This document shows, piece by piece, positions 46,652 to 59,285 of a stretch of DNA of 64,000 nucleotides. The position numbers were made by a program, and so were the translations under genes. Each line of letters starts with the position of its first letter. The stretch's first letter is position 1. The notes under the pieces are model-generated. The model saw only the letters and a program-made list of their open reading frames with translations. It searched no databases and was not told where the DNA came from. The stretch comes from Botryllus schlosseri. Its lineage: Eukaryota. The stretch is taken from positions 34,660,001 to 34,724,000 of the forward strand of contig CM119372.1 in assembly GCA_051294905.1 (NCBI GenBank), read 5' to 3'.

Positions 46652-49600
46652 CACTGGTCAACACATATTTTTAGGCGGAGAAAGTAAGAGTGGGTTTGGC
46701 GGTTCTGAAGGGCACTGATTCCGAATATGATCGTAGTTTTTTTCCAATTGCCTCTATTTTTGGAGATAATCCAAGGGGCTATTTTGACTAAAATCTCATA
46801 TTTTCGCTGTATGGGCTGGATAAAAATCGGCTCGGTCGTGCTATAAAGTTCAGAAATTCAATCTACTTGTTATTTTGACACGCTGAAGACTGTTTTAAAT
46901 CAAAATACATCAACAGAATTATATCATAATGACAGACTTCCACGGATATCATATACATAAATAAACTTCAATCATGAATATACGTATTTACTTAAATACT
47001 CAAATAACGATGCAATAATTGAATCAGTTTCATGTCAACCACCTATTTTGATTTCAAAATAATCAGTTCGAACATAATATTATTAACTTATCTCAAAGCA
47101 AAATTGGTTCTTCTACTATTTTCGGTTGTAAGCAATTTAGTGCTGTTTTTCGAAAGGTTACAGCAATAATCTGCCATAATATGTTCGTCGCATCTGCACT
47201 GATATATTTCTTTTGATGTATTGATGGAACCTTCCCCCTTTCTATTCTCTCTAATCAACAATATTATCAGAAAATATATCACGATGACTGAACAGGAAGT
47301 GAGATTTAATGCTTATGTTTTCTCCAAGGTTTCCAATTACAAATAACAATTCTCGGACCAACTGTTTGTAGTTGGGTGCTTTGTGATGTTCCAAAAAGTT
47401 TTATTTACTACATCCTAGAAGGGATTCCATGCAGTGAGCCCCTTTCTTAATATGAAATTGTAATCCGAATCTGAGGTCCATCAAAGATTCCAGATTTAAG
47501 CTTCTCGTTTGATATGGATAGGCCTACTAGATATACCCACTTTGTTGGCTTTTCGGAAAATAATCCATTTACAAGTGAAAAGAGATGAGCCGCATATGAG
47601 TATTTTAGTTAAGCTTTCAAGGGACAAACTTGAAAGCTTTATACTCCTCTTTCATCTTGGTAGAATGACCAATTGGTATAGGAGAAAATATATTTCCATT
47701 GTGCAAAAGTACAATTTTTAGGCTTGACAAACTGCTAATTGAACAAACAAAGTTCTCGCAATAGGTCACGTTAATATTGATGGAATAAGCGAGAACGACA
47801 CGAGTGTTCATTAGGGTTGTCCATAATTTGGAAAATCTTACAAATCCTCGGTTGTAATGTCTTATTCGATAGATTATTGATAAAAAACGACACTGAGCCT
47901 GAAAGAAGCTCACAGAAAGGCCGTTAAGATTTCGTGCAAAGCGTTTGAAAGTAGCTGCCGAAGAATGGGCGTGCCACCGACCATAGAACGGCGAGAAGAC
48001 TAGTAATCAAGAAACCACGGCTCTTGATTGGATAATCGGCTATGCTTCAATGACCACGTCAGCAGCAGCTTGCTGATTAGGTGAACAAGGAGTCTGCTAC
48101 TGGCGGCGATTCTGCAAGCGCATTGTATGTAGGTTGACAGATCATGATTTAGGATTGATTAAGGGTATGTTGAGGTACGAAATACATAATGAACAAACAA
48201 CAGCTGCTTCACAAAAACGTCTAAAGCATGACTGCTATATTGTGAAAGAAACCGCCGTAGCCTATATGCCTTGTTTTCAACGAGGGAAAGCATAGGCGCT
48301 TATGCAAGTGGCGACGGATTCCTAGTTTCAGAAATAATATATCATTATTGAATACAACGATAAAGCTTAACAATGACCCTATAGTTTGTGTGATCTCATT
48401 GCGCTCAGGTTGTAGTACATAGTTGAAGTTTTGAAAGCTCTAAGGGTCGGCTGAATCAGCGGGTTATGCTTGGCACTTGCCAGATGCTTGCATCAAACTG
48501 TATTCACTTGCAAGTGTTGTCAGAGTCCTTGATGATGACGCAGAAAAGAGGCGTAAAAGTAAGCACATAATATGCTGGATATGATATGTCAAATTCCTTA
48601 ATAATCGCGCAGAAAAGGGGTATAAAGGTAAACACAGACAATGCTGCATAGTGCATAGTATCCAACATAGTTTGCATATCATATCAAGCAGGGCCTGTGC
48701 TTGCATTTAAACCTCGTTTCTGCGACATCATTAGGGACTTTGAAAACATTTACAAGTGAATTCAATTTGCTGCAAACATCTGATGAGTGCTAAGCCTAAC
48801 CGTCTGATTCAGCCGATCGCTAGAGCATTCAAAACTTCAACTATGTACTGCAACCTGAGCCCAATAAGATCACCTAACTTATAGTGTCATTGTTAAGCTT
48901 TATCTTTGTATTCAATAATGATATATTATTTCTGAAACTAGGAATCCATTGCCACTTGCATAAGCGCCAATGCTTTCCCTCGTTGAAAACAAGGCATATA
49001 GGCTACAGCGGTTTCCTTCACAATGAAGCGGTCATGCTTTAGACGTTTTTGTGAAGCAGCTGTTGTTTGTACATCATGTATTTCGTACCTCAAGATACCT
49101 TGAATCAATCCTAAATCATGATCTGTCAACCTACATACAATGCGCTTTCAGAATCGCCGCCAGTAGCAGACTCCTTGTTCACCTAATCAGCAAGCTGCTG
49201 CTGACGAGGTCATTGAAGCATAGCCGATTATCCAATCAAGAGCCGTGGTTTCTTGATTACTAGTCTTCTCGCCGTTCTATGGTCGGTGGCACGCCCATTC
49301 TTCGGCAGCTACTTTCAAACGCTTTGCACGAAATCTTAACGGCCTTTCTGTGAGCTTCTTTCAGGCTCAGTGTCGTTTTTTATCAATAATCTATCGAATA
49401 AGACATTACAACCGAGGATTTGTAAGATTTTCCAAATTATGGACAACCCTAGACTGTTCATCATAGTCAATTATCTATTTATCCGCAGTATAAAAGTAAA
49501 AAAAAACGAGATATACTTCCTACTAAGTGAAATATACAAGAGTAAATACGGTGATTTTAAGCTTTTTTAGGGGTAATATTATCTTCTTTTCTAAGGCCAA

Positions 49601-49706
49601 TTTGGCAAAACTAATGTGATATTCGTAATCAGCAACCTTGAAAACCCCAGAAACGGCTCCTGGATGTTCTGCCAAAAATTTTGTTTCTTCATTTTGTTGA
49701 CCAGTG
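46652..49706. mobile_element. TIR element with CACTGG termini and 3-bp TTA duplication (CMC/EnSpm- or Harbinger-like)
   Basis: CACTGGTCAACA...TGTTGACCAGTG. Flanks gatagatta | tta-ttgataaaa reconstruct the empty site gatagattattgataaaa seen at ~47868-47885. Confidence 0.7.
47812..49451. mobile_element. Fold-back element with ~650-bp inverted arms (TAGGGTTGTCC termini)
   Basis: TAGGGTTGTCCATAATTTGGAAAATC...GATTTTCCAAATTATGGACAACCCTA. Flanks gagtgttcat/gactgttcat. An older copy of the arm lies at 49707-50080. Confidence 0.85.
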
Positions 49707-52189
49707 TTATTGATAAAAAAAAATAAGCCTGGAAGAAGCTCACGATGAAGTCGTTACGATTTCGGGCAAAGCGTTTGAAAATAGCTCCCGAAGAGTGGGC
49801 GTGCCACCGACCATAGAACGGCGAGGAGACTAGTAATCACGAAACCACGGCTCTTGATGGGCTAATCGGCTATACCTCAATGATCACGACAGCGGCAGCT
49901 TGCTGATTAATAATTCATCATAATTGAATACAAATATAAAGCATAACAATGACTCTATAGTTTGTGCAATCTTATTGGGCTCAAGTTGTAGTATACAGTT
50001 GAAGTTTTGGGTGGTCTAGGAATCGATTGAATCAGCCCGTTATGTTTGGCGCTCTTCAAATGCTTACAGCAAATTAACATATTTTTTTGTACTCGCAGGC
50101 TTTGTCAGCAGTGCGCGGCCGCGCACGCGTTCAACTTATAGGAAACATTGCCAATAAGGGGCACGCAAAGTAAAATAGTGATTATAAAATGATACGAGTC
50201 ATACGACACTGACACGAAGTGGGGACAAAGCTACTGGACACAACCAGAATCATACGGCTAACAGTGATTGGGTTACCGCGGTACTTATTACGAAGATATA
50301 TATTTTATTCTGCTTGTAGCCTGTAACCTTCCCAAATCAACCTCGGCGTCTGCATTGTAATGGAGTTTGGCATTGCGGCATTGGGGCCATGCCATTTCGG
50401 CGTTAGAAGATATTAATATCGAAGGTCGATACGGAATAGCGCACGGTCGGTCGGTCGGTCGGTCGGTCGGTCGCATTCCAGCGGATAGTCGTACTCAACC
50501 ACCTGTAAGTAATAAAACCATGTTTAATTCGAGACTGCATGAGGAAATATACTAATTATACGCACCGAAATAGCGACTATAAGAAAATAGAGCGCGATTC
50601 GTTGTTGTCGGAGCGCAAAAACATATTCGAATTCATGAAAGAACATCGTCAATATGAGTAGCTACACATATTACTATCAAATTTGTATCTTGCTCACCCT
50701 ATTTCATTAGAATTACCGTTTTACCTGATAGATGGCATGAATTTGAAATTTAGGGCACGTATTTTAATGATGGTGCGTTGTCGAGTGGGCCCATTGTTAT
50801 TAATCACTTTATTGCATCTTGTTATTACTTGAATTCCCATCATGATTGTCGGTTATGGTCAAAAGATAGTGGAATCGGCGAAACGTACCAGAAAACAACT
50901 CGTGAGAACGCACACGATTCCAAATTGACACTGTCTTATGGGGCGCCTTCTTTTTCTATGACGTTTGCAATGGTACTGTATATGACTCGCACTGCATGCT
51001 GGGTACTAAAATCGAAAAATTGAATTGCGCTGATCGCGTGAAGCGCGAAGAGAATTTTGAAGTGGAATTGAAATCTCTTCAAAATTTTGGAACCAATAGG
51101 TTTAATTCAAATTGCATAACGGCCGCCAATGCTAATTGCATTACGTGTAAATACACCCGCATAACTATTCGTTTACCGCCGTGGTCACCTCTCATCTAGT
51201 GCAAGATTTTGTTGCACGCAGCGCTGTGTCAGATCAAGAGTATGTGGCTATATGTCCGTAGCCGGAGGGATTCGCACTCGATATACCGTCGCAGGTTATC
51301 GGACACAACGTCCTTTACAGAGGTGGTCAGTAATGAAGTACTTCTACTTTTTCGAAGTACTCAAGAAGTTTTCCTCTACTTCTGGTACTTACTCAAGTAG
51401 GTCATTTGTTCGCTACTTCTACTTCTACTTCGTAATATATTGTGAACTACTTACTTGCTTTTCGCTATTTTCAGTTTGTCAAGTAGAAGTGGTTTAATTC
51501 CCCAATAAGAAAGATAGCCTAAGGAATTTCGGGACTGTTTTCACGTAGAACCAACATTTAATTTTCATAAAAGTCATGTAATACCCAGAATTTTCGTTTC
51601 TCTTCGCGCACAGTAGATATGGAGTGACATATCTGTTCTAACGAAAGTATAGCTGAAAATAATTTAGATACCGGGTTGCGTGGTTCCGTTCACACCGCAT
51701 TGTCATCTATATCAAATATTTTCATCACAGTAAGTAGCCTATGGCTCCCCCATAACGTTTGAAATTACCGTTCCGCAATCTACCAATTACCTATTATACC
51801 TAGCAGCCCATGACGTGTCCTCCTAATCTGGAAAAGTGGACTTTGACTTTTTTAACGTTAGACCTGTTTTAGCAGACCGCCGTTGAAACTTTCTGCACTG
51901 TAAAAAATAAAAACCTCGATTTACCGCGAATGTTTGGAAGCACGGTAGCCAGACATTTCGTGGTAATGCAACATTACCGTTGGTCAATGTAAATTTAACT
52001 TACACTCGTCCGGTAATCTCACTTTACACGCCAGACTGTAATGTTACAGTCACCCACACGGTATATCCACCCAGCAAACACAAAACTTATTTAAGATATT
52101 TTTTAAACATCTTCCATGAGTTCAAAAGATGTTCTTCAATCCTGTGCAAAATATATACATTCGTCGACAGAAATGGATATATATAAGAT

Positions 52190-52325
52190 GTCCTGTAGGA
52201 CATCCTCAAAGATATTCTGATGGACATCCTCAAAGATATCCTGATAAACATCCTCAAAGATATTCTGATGGACATCCACAAAGATATCCCGATAAACATC
52301 CTCAACGATATCCTGTAAGATATTT
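52190..52325 (+). repeat. 24-bp tandem repeat, about 5 copies, downstream of a CCCAGCAAACACAAAA terminus-like motif at ~52070
   Basis: (GG/AA)ACATCCTCAAAGATAT(T/C)CTGAT units. Confidence 0.85.
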
Positions 52326-52963
52326 TTTGTACAGCTCGACCCTGTGTGACCCTGAACCCTGGTTGGCTAAACCTGCTATATGCTGCACTTCACATATGAA
52401 CGAATACGAATCGTCAGTTTTACAAATCATGTATGGCTTTTTGTTCTATATTATACCAGTTCAAAATACAAAAAAAATGCACTGGACTAGACCTTGACGG
52501 AAAATTGCAATAAAAATGGATGAAGAATGAAGGTAAAATAACAGTCCATGACAACACACAGCATACGTTAACAAGAAGTAGACAGCAAGAGGTAGGCCTT
52601 GATTCAGAATGAAAACTAATCGCCAATTTTTAAAATCATTTATATGGCTTTCTGTTCTGTATGAAATCAGTACAAAACACGCCGAAAAAAACTCGGATGA
52701 AGAAAATACACAAGCAAGAATTGGGCCTTGATACAGAATTTTGCAATCACTTCAGCAAATATTTCTGCATTAGCAATAGTCCATGTTATCGGTATCGGAA
52801 TCTTCAGCCTCCTCGATAACAGTCTTGCTCCTGTTTTCTCCTTTATTGACATCCTATAACATAAATGAATTGATTACTTTGATTGATTATATCAGTAGTG
52901 CAAAAGTAATTTATGTGTTTGGGTGCGAGTACCGTGGGACGGTCATGTGAAGTCACATTCATC

Positions 52964-53808
52964 CAGTGTTGGGATGACTCAAGTCCACTTTGTAAAAATG
53001 ACTTGACTTGACTCGGCGCTTCAGAAATGAGGATTGACTCATGACTCGGAGCAAAATTCACTAGTCAATTTCAAGTCATCAAGTAAACAGTGTCAATTAA
53101 ATCATCCTATCTTATCTATGTTCGGGTTGTCCGCGTTACGTCGATGTCACTTGTGAGAGCAATCAGTCATTCACTGATTGTACTAATCACTGACGCTCCA
53201 TTATTACATCACAAATAAATCGACCAATAACTAAACGTGTTCACTGCTTGCGTTGTAGTAGTAGTTGTAGATTAATCTAATAGCAACGTACCTCTGTTTC
53301 TTAGACGGCTCAGTGCTTACATTGCACAGCGCTCACCTTTACCAACACTCTTATATGATTTAAATCGAACGAATATAGTTTATGCCTTAATATTCTCACG
53401 GATGTGTAGGTAGAGTAGATGGATAGTGCCGGTTGTAGCAAATAAATTTGTTCAACTTCTCGAGGCTTCATATTCGATCCTCTATATTGGCTAATAAAAC
53501 CAGACTGTTGCATGTGGACAGTTACTCGCGTGTTTTATTAGCAGTTCTACGTGTGTGTGCGCGATGCAACACCTTTTTGCATGTATATTTAACTTTATAT
53601 TCGCTATTTGATTCAAGATACATGGCCAATTAATCTATCCATCACCAGTTAGCAAAATGTAATGACTTTGCATCACCACTGATACTGCGAAAATTCAATT
53701 TGACTTGACTTGACTCGAGTCACCTCCAAAAACGAGTGACTTGACTCGACTCGAGTCAAAATGTGCAATGACTCGTGACTCGAAGGTAGTGAATTGATCC
53801 CAACATGG
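52964..53808 (-). mobile_element. Uninterrupted copy of the (GAGTC)n hAT-type MITE
   Basis: CAGTGTTGGGATGACTC...GATCCCAACATGG. Perfect TSD CATTCATC at 52956-52963 and 53809-53816. Carries the empty site corresponding to the element 1 insertion. Confidence 0.85.
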
Positions 53809-56800
53809 CATTCATCCAAGGATACCGAACCGTCTTTTGTAAATCACGACGACCTTGGTGGTATGTGACAGCCGTTTACCATCTACTTCGACTTAATTAT
53901 CGATTAAACTCTGCGCGCCAAATTTTGCTCAATTCCAACACATAGAAGCTAAGCCAGGCGCTGAGCCCTCCACGCGGTACAAATGCGACCAGTTGAGGAT
54001 AAACTTGCTTCCCGTGTAGAAATGTGAATTGAAAGGAGTTTGAAATTGAGTGATCGATTATTGGCACAAAAGTTTTGGAGACATTGGTTCCACCGCTAAA
54101 TCTTAGCAAGTGTAACGAGAGGATCAAAAATTTATGCGAGCTGGGCCGACAATCTTGGCAAGATTAAATAATTACTAGAAATTTTTTTTAATTATATCAC
54201 TTAACAGTTTGGGAACCACAGGGATAGTGTTCTGAATATGAATGGTAGCGGTCCTGGAGGTAGCAACGATTCACTTACTGTCAAATAATATGATAAAGAA
54301 CGCAGCTGTCACACAGACGTCAGATTCATAAACAAAATTACCTTGCAAGCTCCAATAACAGTTAGAAATCGTCCCACTTTACTTGTAATTGTTCGACTCT
54401 CGGCCGTAGGATGAGTCACTTTGCATGCTCCTTCAAAGAGAATATAAGTAGATCAGGGGCGGCATTACAAAACAATGCGGCAAATCGGAATATCCGCCAG
54501 CGGTAACAATCTCTCTGGAATGTGATCACCACATAATGTCAAAATTGGTATTTCAAAACATTTCAGACTCAGCACGGAGTTGCGCACTTGTTTGTGATTT
54601 CGCCATGTCGGCAATCTCAGTAGAAGATGACTTCAAACGAGGGCTTACAAGTCCGTGTGGTCAGCAACAATTTGCAATTTAGCTGCAATGATCTTTCACA
54701 AGAATGGAAATCAAAATACCCTAACACTGTAAAAATGCTCTCGAAGACATCGTTATTGAGGGTTTTGTAATCGCGATTGTAATATTAGTTACAACTTACG
54801 TTCAGTAGTCTTGTCACGAGTAAAATTTTGAACTTTTTTTTTTGTCCATTTTTGCTTGTTTGACCTTTCAGGCTGAACAATTGCCATAAATCCTTTGCAG
54901 CTATGCTTGTCATATTTCTGACCGTTGAGGCCAATTGTTCACCCCGAAGTCCATTCAAAGCAGATACCTGTAGTACAAAATACAATACATAGTGGTGTGT
55001 GACAGAATGAAAAATCACTAGACCAGTTCAGTTTATTATTAAATTTCAGGTACTCAATTTTGCCCAGCACAAACAATGTTACCATAGTGTCCTATATGGT
55101 GTGGACAGTAGGACACTGCATTTGGGTTAGGCTACGTCATACTTTCCATTTGAACAAAAGCAACTTTACGGCCATTTTGACCGGCTTTTCGAGTGCAAAA
55201 TCCGATAAAACGTGTGTCAATGGAAAGCTGCTGATATAAGAATCACGTAAATATAAATTTTATTCTGTTCATGCCGGCCCTGGCATCCCTAAAATCAGCC
55301 AGCCGAAAAATCAGTAATGGGTTTTAAAATAATGGCGCGGGGTTTCGATATTTTTCGAATTCACTAATATAGCATCAATTCATTATGGTTAAGTACATCC
55401 GTAAATGACGATTATACAATCTTCTCGTGCTGACGATTATATGCGCATTATCAGCTTGACGACGAGTCCGGAAGTGGTGTTAATTAGCGACTCCCTGATC
55501 TGTCGTGAACAAATAAATACCATCGCATATCAATGCGTCGAACAACTAAATACCGTACGCGCGCTGATCTACGTTCATTTGAAATGACCGTACTGATGCT
55601 AATATTCAGTCGCAAATCAATAAGTCGTATTTTCACTGTTGCGCGAAGCTAATTAGCAAGAGGCGTGTTGCCAAATAGCGAGATTCATCTGTGCACAAGG
55701 CAACGCGACGCCCCACCACCCCGCAACTCGTCGCCTATGGCTGTACAGTACATATATCATTCAATAGAACACCGGCATCTCAATTCGCCCAAAACGACGA
55801 CACATGTTTACTAGATGTTCGGTATAACTAGTATTATTTCAAATGTGCGACTAGAATTGGAACTACTCAATTTTGAAAATCCGCAACTAGAACTACAACT
55901 ACCCAAGAAACCGTTAGTTGGTTGACTTTCAACTAACTAAATGGTTAGTTTGTAAAAGTCACTAAATACGGAAATGACTCGACTCGAGTCAATCTGTGTA
56001 TTGACTCAACTTGGACTCGAGCCATTGCCCATGACTCGAACGAACCAAGTCGGGACAAAGATGGCCAGGACCGATATTTCATCGTAATTTCGAAGAATAT
56101 TAAAGTAACCTCCCTATTGGGATTTCGTCTATTTGTAGTAGTACTTGAAAATGCGATCAGAAACTGCTAAAAGTGAGGAAAACTACTATATTATAAATGC
56201 GAACCATTCAATATCGCCAGACTGAGTTATAAAAAGCGAGTTTAACAAGATTTTAGCTGGAAACTGAGCAGTCAACACATTGACTTGGACTCGGACTCGA
56301 GTCATAATACCATGACTCGGACTCGACTCTCTGATCTATGACTTTGACTTGACTCGGTTGCGAGTTGAAAATGACTCGACTTGACTCGAGTCGAATCTGC
56401 GTAATATGACAATGGCAACAAAGAAGGTTTGAACTAAATGAAAAGAGTGATTTATTGTGATTTTAATTGTCACGACATACTTTGCTACATTAGCTTTATG
56501 TTGAACATGGATTACGCATGCGAGCTTGTGAGGGACGTAGGCTGCGTAACCGCGGTATATTTCCGTTCCGGCCCAGTTTATAAGCTTACGGTTTAATTTT
56601 CAAAAGTAGGTTTTGTGTTTTGAATTTCAAGAAATGGACACGCGGGCCGCTCAGAATGGTTTGCGGGCCGCACTTTGGCCAGGTCTGAGTTAGATAGTCC
56701 GGCAAAGTTTGCTCTAATCAACAAAATCATACCAGTTCAGACTTCTTGCAATCGCAGTTAATCAAGTTCGTTTCCAGTTGTTCCAGATGAGATAAGGTTT

Positions 56801-59043
56801 GACAGGGGTCTTCAATAAGATCTTCCAGCAAGAGTGGGGCTGTGGTACTGTGTTTTTTTGAATCGGTGATGATGTGACCTTTACTGAGATTCATCATCTG
56901 GTTCATCTGCTTGGAGCTGAGGTCCATCATCTGGTTCATCTATAACTTCAATTCTTTGATGTTTTTACGCATCAAAGAAATTGAGTGGTCACTGTATGCA
57001 GATGTTGGAGTTGATGGTGTGCACGGAGCAGCTAAAAAATTATTTGAATATAAGAAAGCTGGATTAATCATATATGTGATAATCTTACCATTACTTTGTG
57101 ATCTAGGCCTCGTTGTTGACAGTCAGAATTTTTCAGTTCAACATTGCTTACACATGAAGGAGCGTCTAGAAAACAGAACGACGCTATACCTCAAATTCGA
57201 GAATGAATCAAAGTGTTAGGAGCTTACTGCATGGGCTAGTTCCCTGCAACTGGCCGCTACATTCAATGTTGGAATCACGCTGTTCTTGAACACTCTCCGC
57301 ATGATGGCAAACTTGCATTGCAAGCATCATTGAAAACAGCACCCTTGCTTGTCACACTTTTATTGCCAGAATCCGGAGATGGCCGCATTCTTAGAATTGG
57401 TATTAGCATGCCTTGTGTCTGAATACTTGGATTACTTTTCTTCTTTGAAGTCCTTCCTTCCTGAAACGCATCATCTACAAAGTATGAAAATTTATATATG
57501 AATATTCTGTGTACAACACATAAGGCAGAATAACAAGAGTATATACCGATACCTTGATCATCATTTGAAACAGAATAATCCTAAAAAATTTTGGGCGGTT
57601 GACGTCTTTGTTTAGACTGTTGTCGTTCTTCATCTTCAGACAATGAAGAGGGGGGCAAGCTACTATTGTCCACAACTTCTTTCATGTCACTATAAGCCTT
57701 CTCCCATACATCTAATACAGATGAATAATATAGTTGGCAAGGTCCCAGATTTGTAAAAACTACTGGATTTTTAGTAAGCGCAACTATAGAATTACTCAAA
57801 TTTGAAAACTCGCAACTAACGACAGGCGCTCTCTAGTTGTTTGGAAACTATTACGGTAGTATTTTTCCAAATGTGCATCTAGCACTAGAACTACGGTACT
57901 GAAAAAACCGTTCGTTAGTTGTCCGTCAACTAACTAAATAAGCAGTCTGTACGAGTCTGCAGATACTTGGTATAGCAGGCAAACCTTCACAAATCATGAG
58001 TTTATACTTACTGGATGAGCATTTGATCCGGATTTTCCACAGAGACCAATTGCCCTTGTCATGTTTTAGTGGCTTCCTGTTTTTCGCCTCATTAGTGGCA
58101 TTCATTGCTTTCGTCTGTGCTTCCACTGTCATATTATACATCTGAGAACTACCAAGTCTTGGCTGAGCCCACAAGCGCCACACTACACTATTATAAACAA
58201 AAGTACAAAAACATTCAATCCACAATGAATGATTTGAGTGACCACCATCTGATGATATTATATAATCCAGTACTGTCACAATAGCTTACGATATTCGCAA
58301 AAGTGCAAACCAAGTTCTATATACTTTGTGACATACCAACACCACACCATATACCTATGTTTCATATTAAGCATGTATAAATTACCATGTACAGTTCAGT
58401 TTTCAGTAATCCTCTGAAGGAATATGGTTAGTTGAACCTCAAAATACCACGATTAATTCCAGAACGCAACTAAACCAAACATTCAACTGTAGCTGTAAGC
58501 CGCCATTACGAGAGCGCTTTGTCTGCCGGAAATATATTTCGCGCCGAGACTTTTGTTCGCGTGGGAGAAATGGCCTCTGGTTTACACTCCGGATCAGGAG
58601 CCGGAGTCGTAGCAGGATTTCAGCGATACAGTACAGCCGGACTGGATGCGGATTCTGAATTCGTTTCGACAGTCGGATTTTAGCAAGATGCTTAATTATA
58701 ATCTTAAATACTATATCATGATTTTGGCAGAAGTTTTTTGGACGCAGAACTGGAAATTCTTCAGCCGGATTTTTCGGACTTTCAAATTGCTACCTAGAGC
58801 CGGGCTAATATGATATTGAAGTTTAGCCGACAAAATCGCAAGAAACAGCGGGGCACTAGGTGGAACATTCGGTAGTGACACTATAGGTGACTAAATCGCC
58901 CTATAAGAGTAAAAATTCATTATAATCTACTGTACATTTATAAACGCCACTCTACCATAATAGGAAGCAATAATCGAATTTGATATTCCTCACAATTATA
59001 TTTTCAGCATTCGACAAAATTTAGCCAAAAGTAGTTGTGCTTC

Positions 59044-59285
59044 AGCACAAGGTATGCACAATAAAAAGATATATTCAAGCTGTGCTTTAGCACAAGGTAT
59101 GCACAAGATATGATTTGGACATGACTGGACAAGAAAAAGATATATTTAAGTTGTGCTGAAGCACAAGGTATGCACAAGATATGATTTGAACATGACTGGA
59201 CAAGAAAAAGATATATTTAAGTTGTACTTCAGCACAAGGTATGCACAAGATATGATTTGAACATAAACGGACAAGAAAAAGATAT
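59044..59285 (+). repeat. 71-bp tandem repeat (about 3 copies plus one truncated)
   Basis: CACAAGGTATGCACAAGATATGATTTG.ACATGACTGGACAAGAAAAAGATATATTTAAGTTGT units starting at 59091, 59162 and 59233. Confidence 0.85.

Larger units (their letters stand above)
45951..50150. mobile_element. hAT-like MITE (family of 810-994) expanded by nested insertions
   Basis: Termini CAATGTTCCCTCTAA ... TTATAGGAAACATTG. Degenerate TSD ctcataag/ccaataag. The host repeat resumes at 50151. Confidence 0.7.

Noticed and set aside
52129..52497. ORF with GHPQRYSD repeats
   Set aside because: It is a translation of a 24-bp tandem repeat in a transposon-like end.
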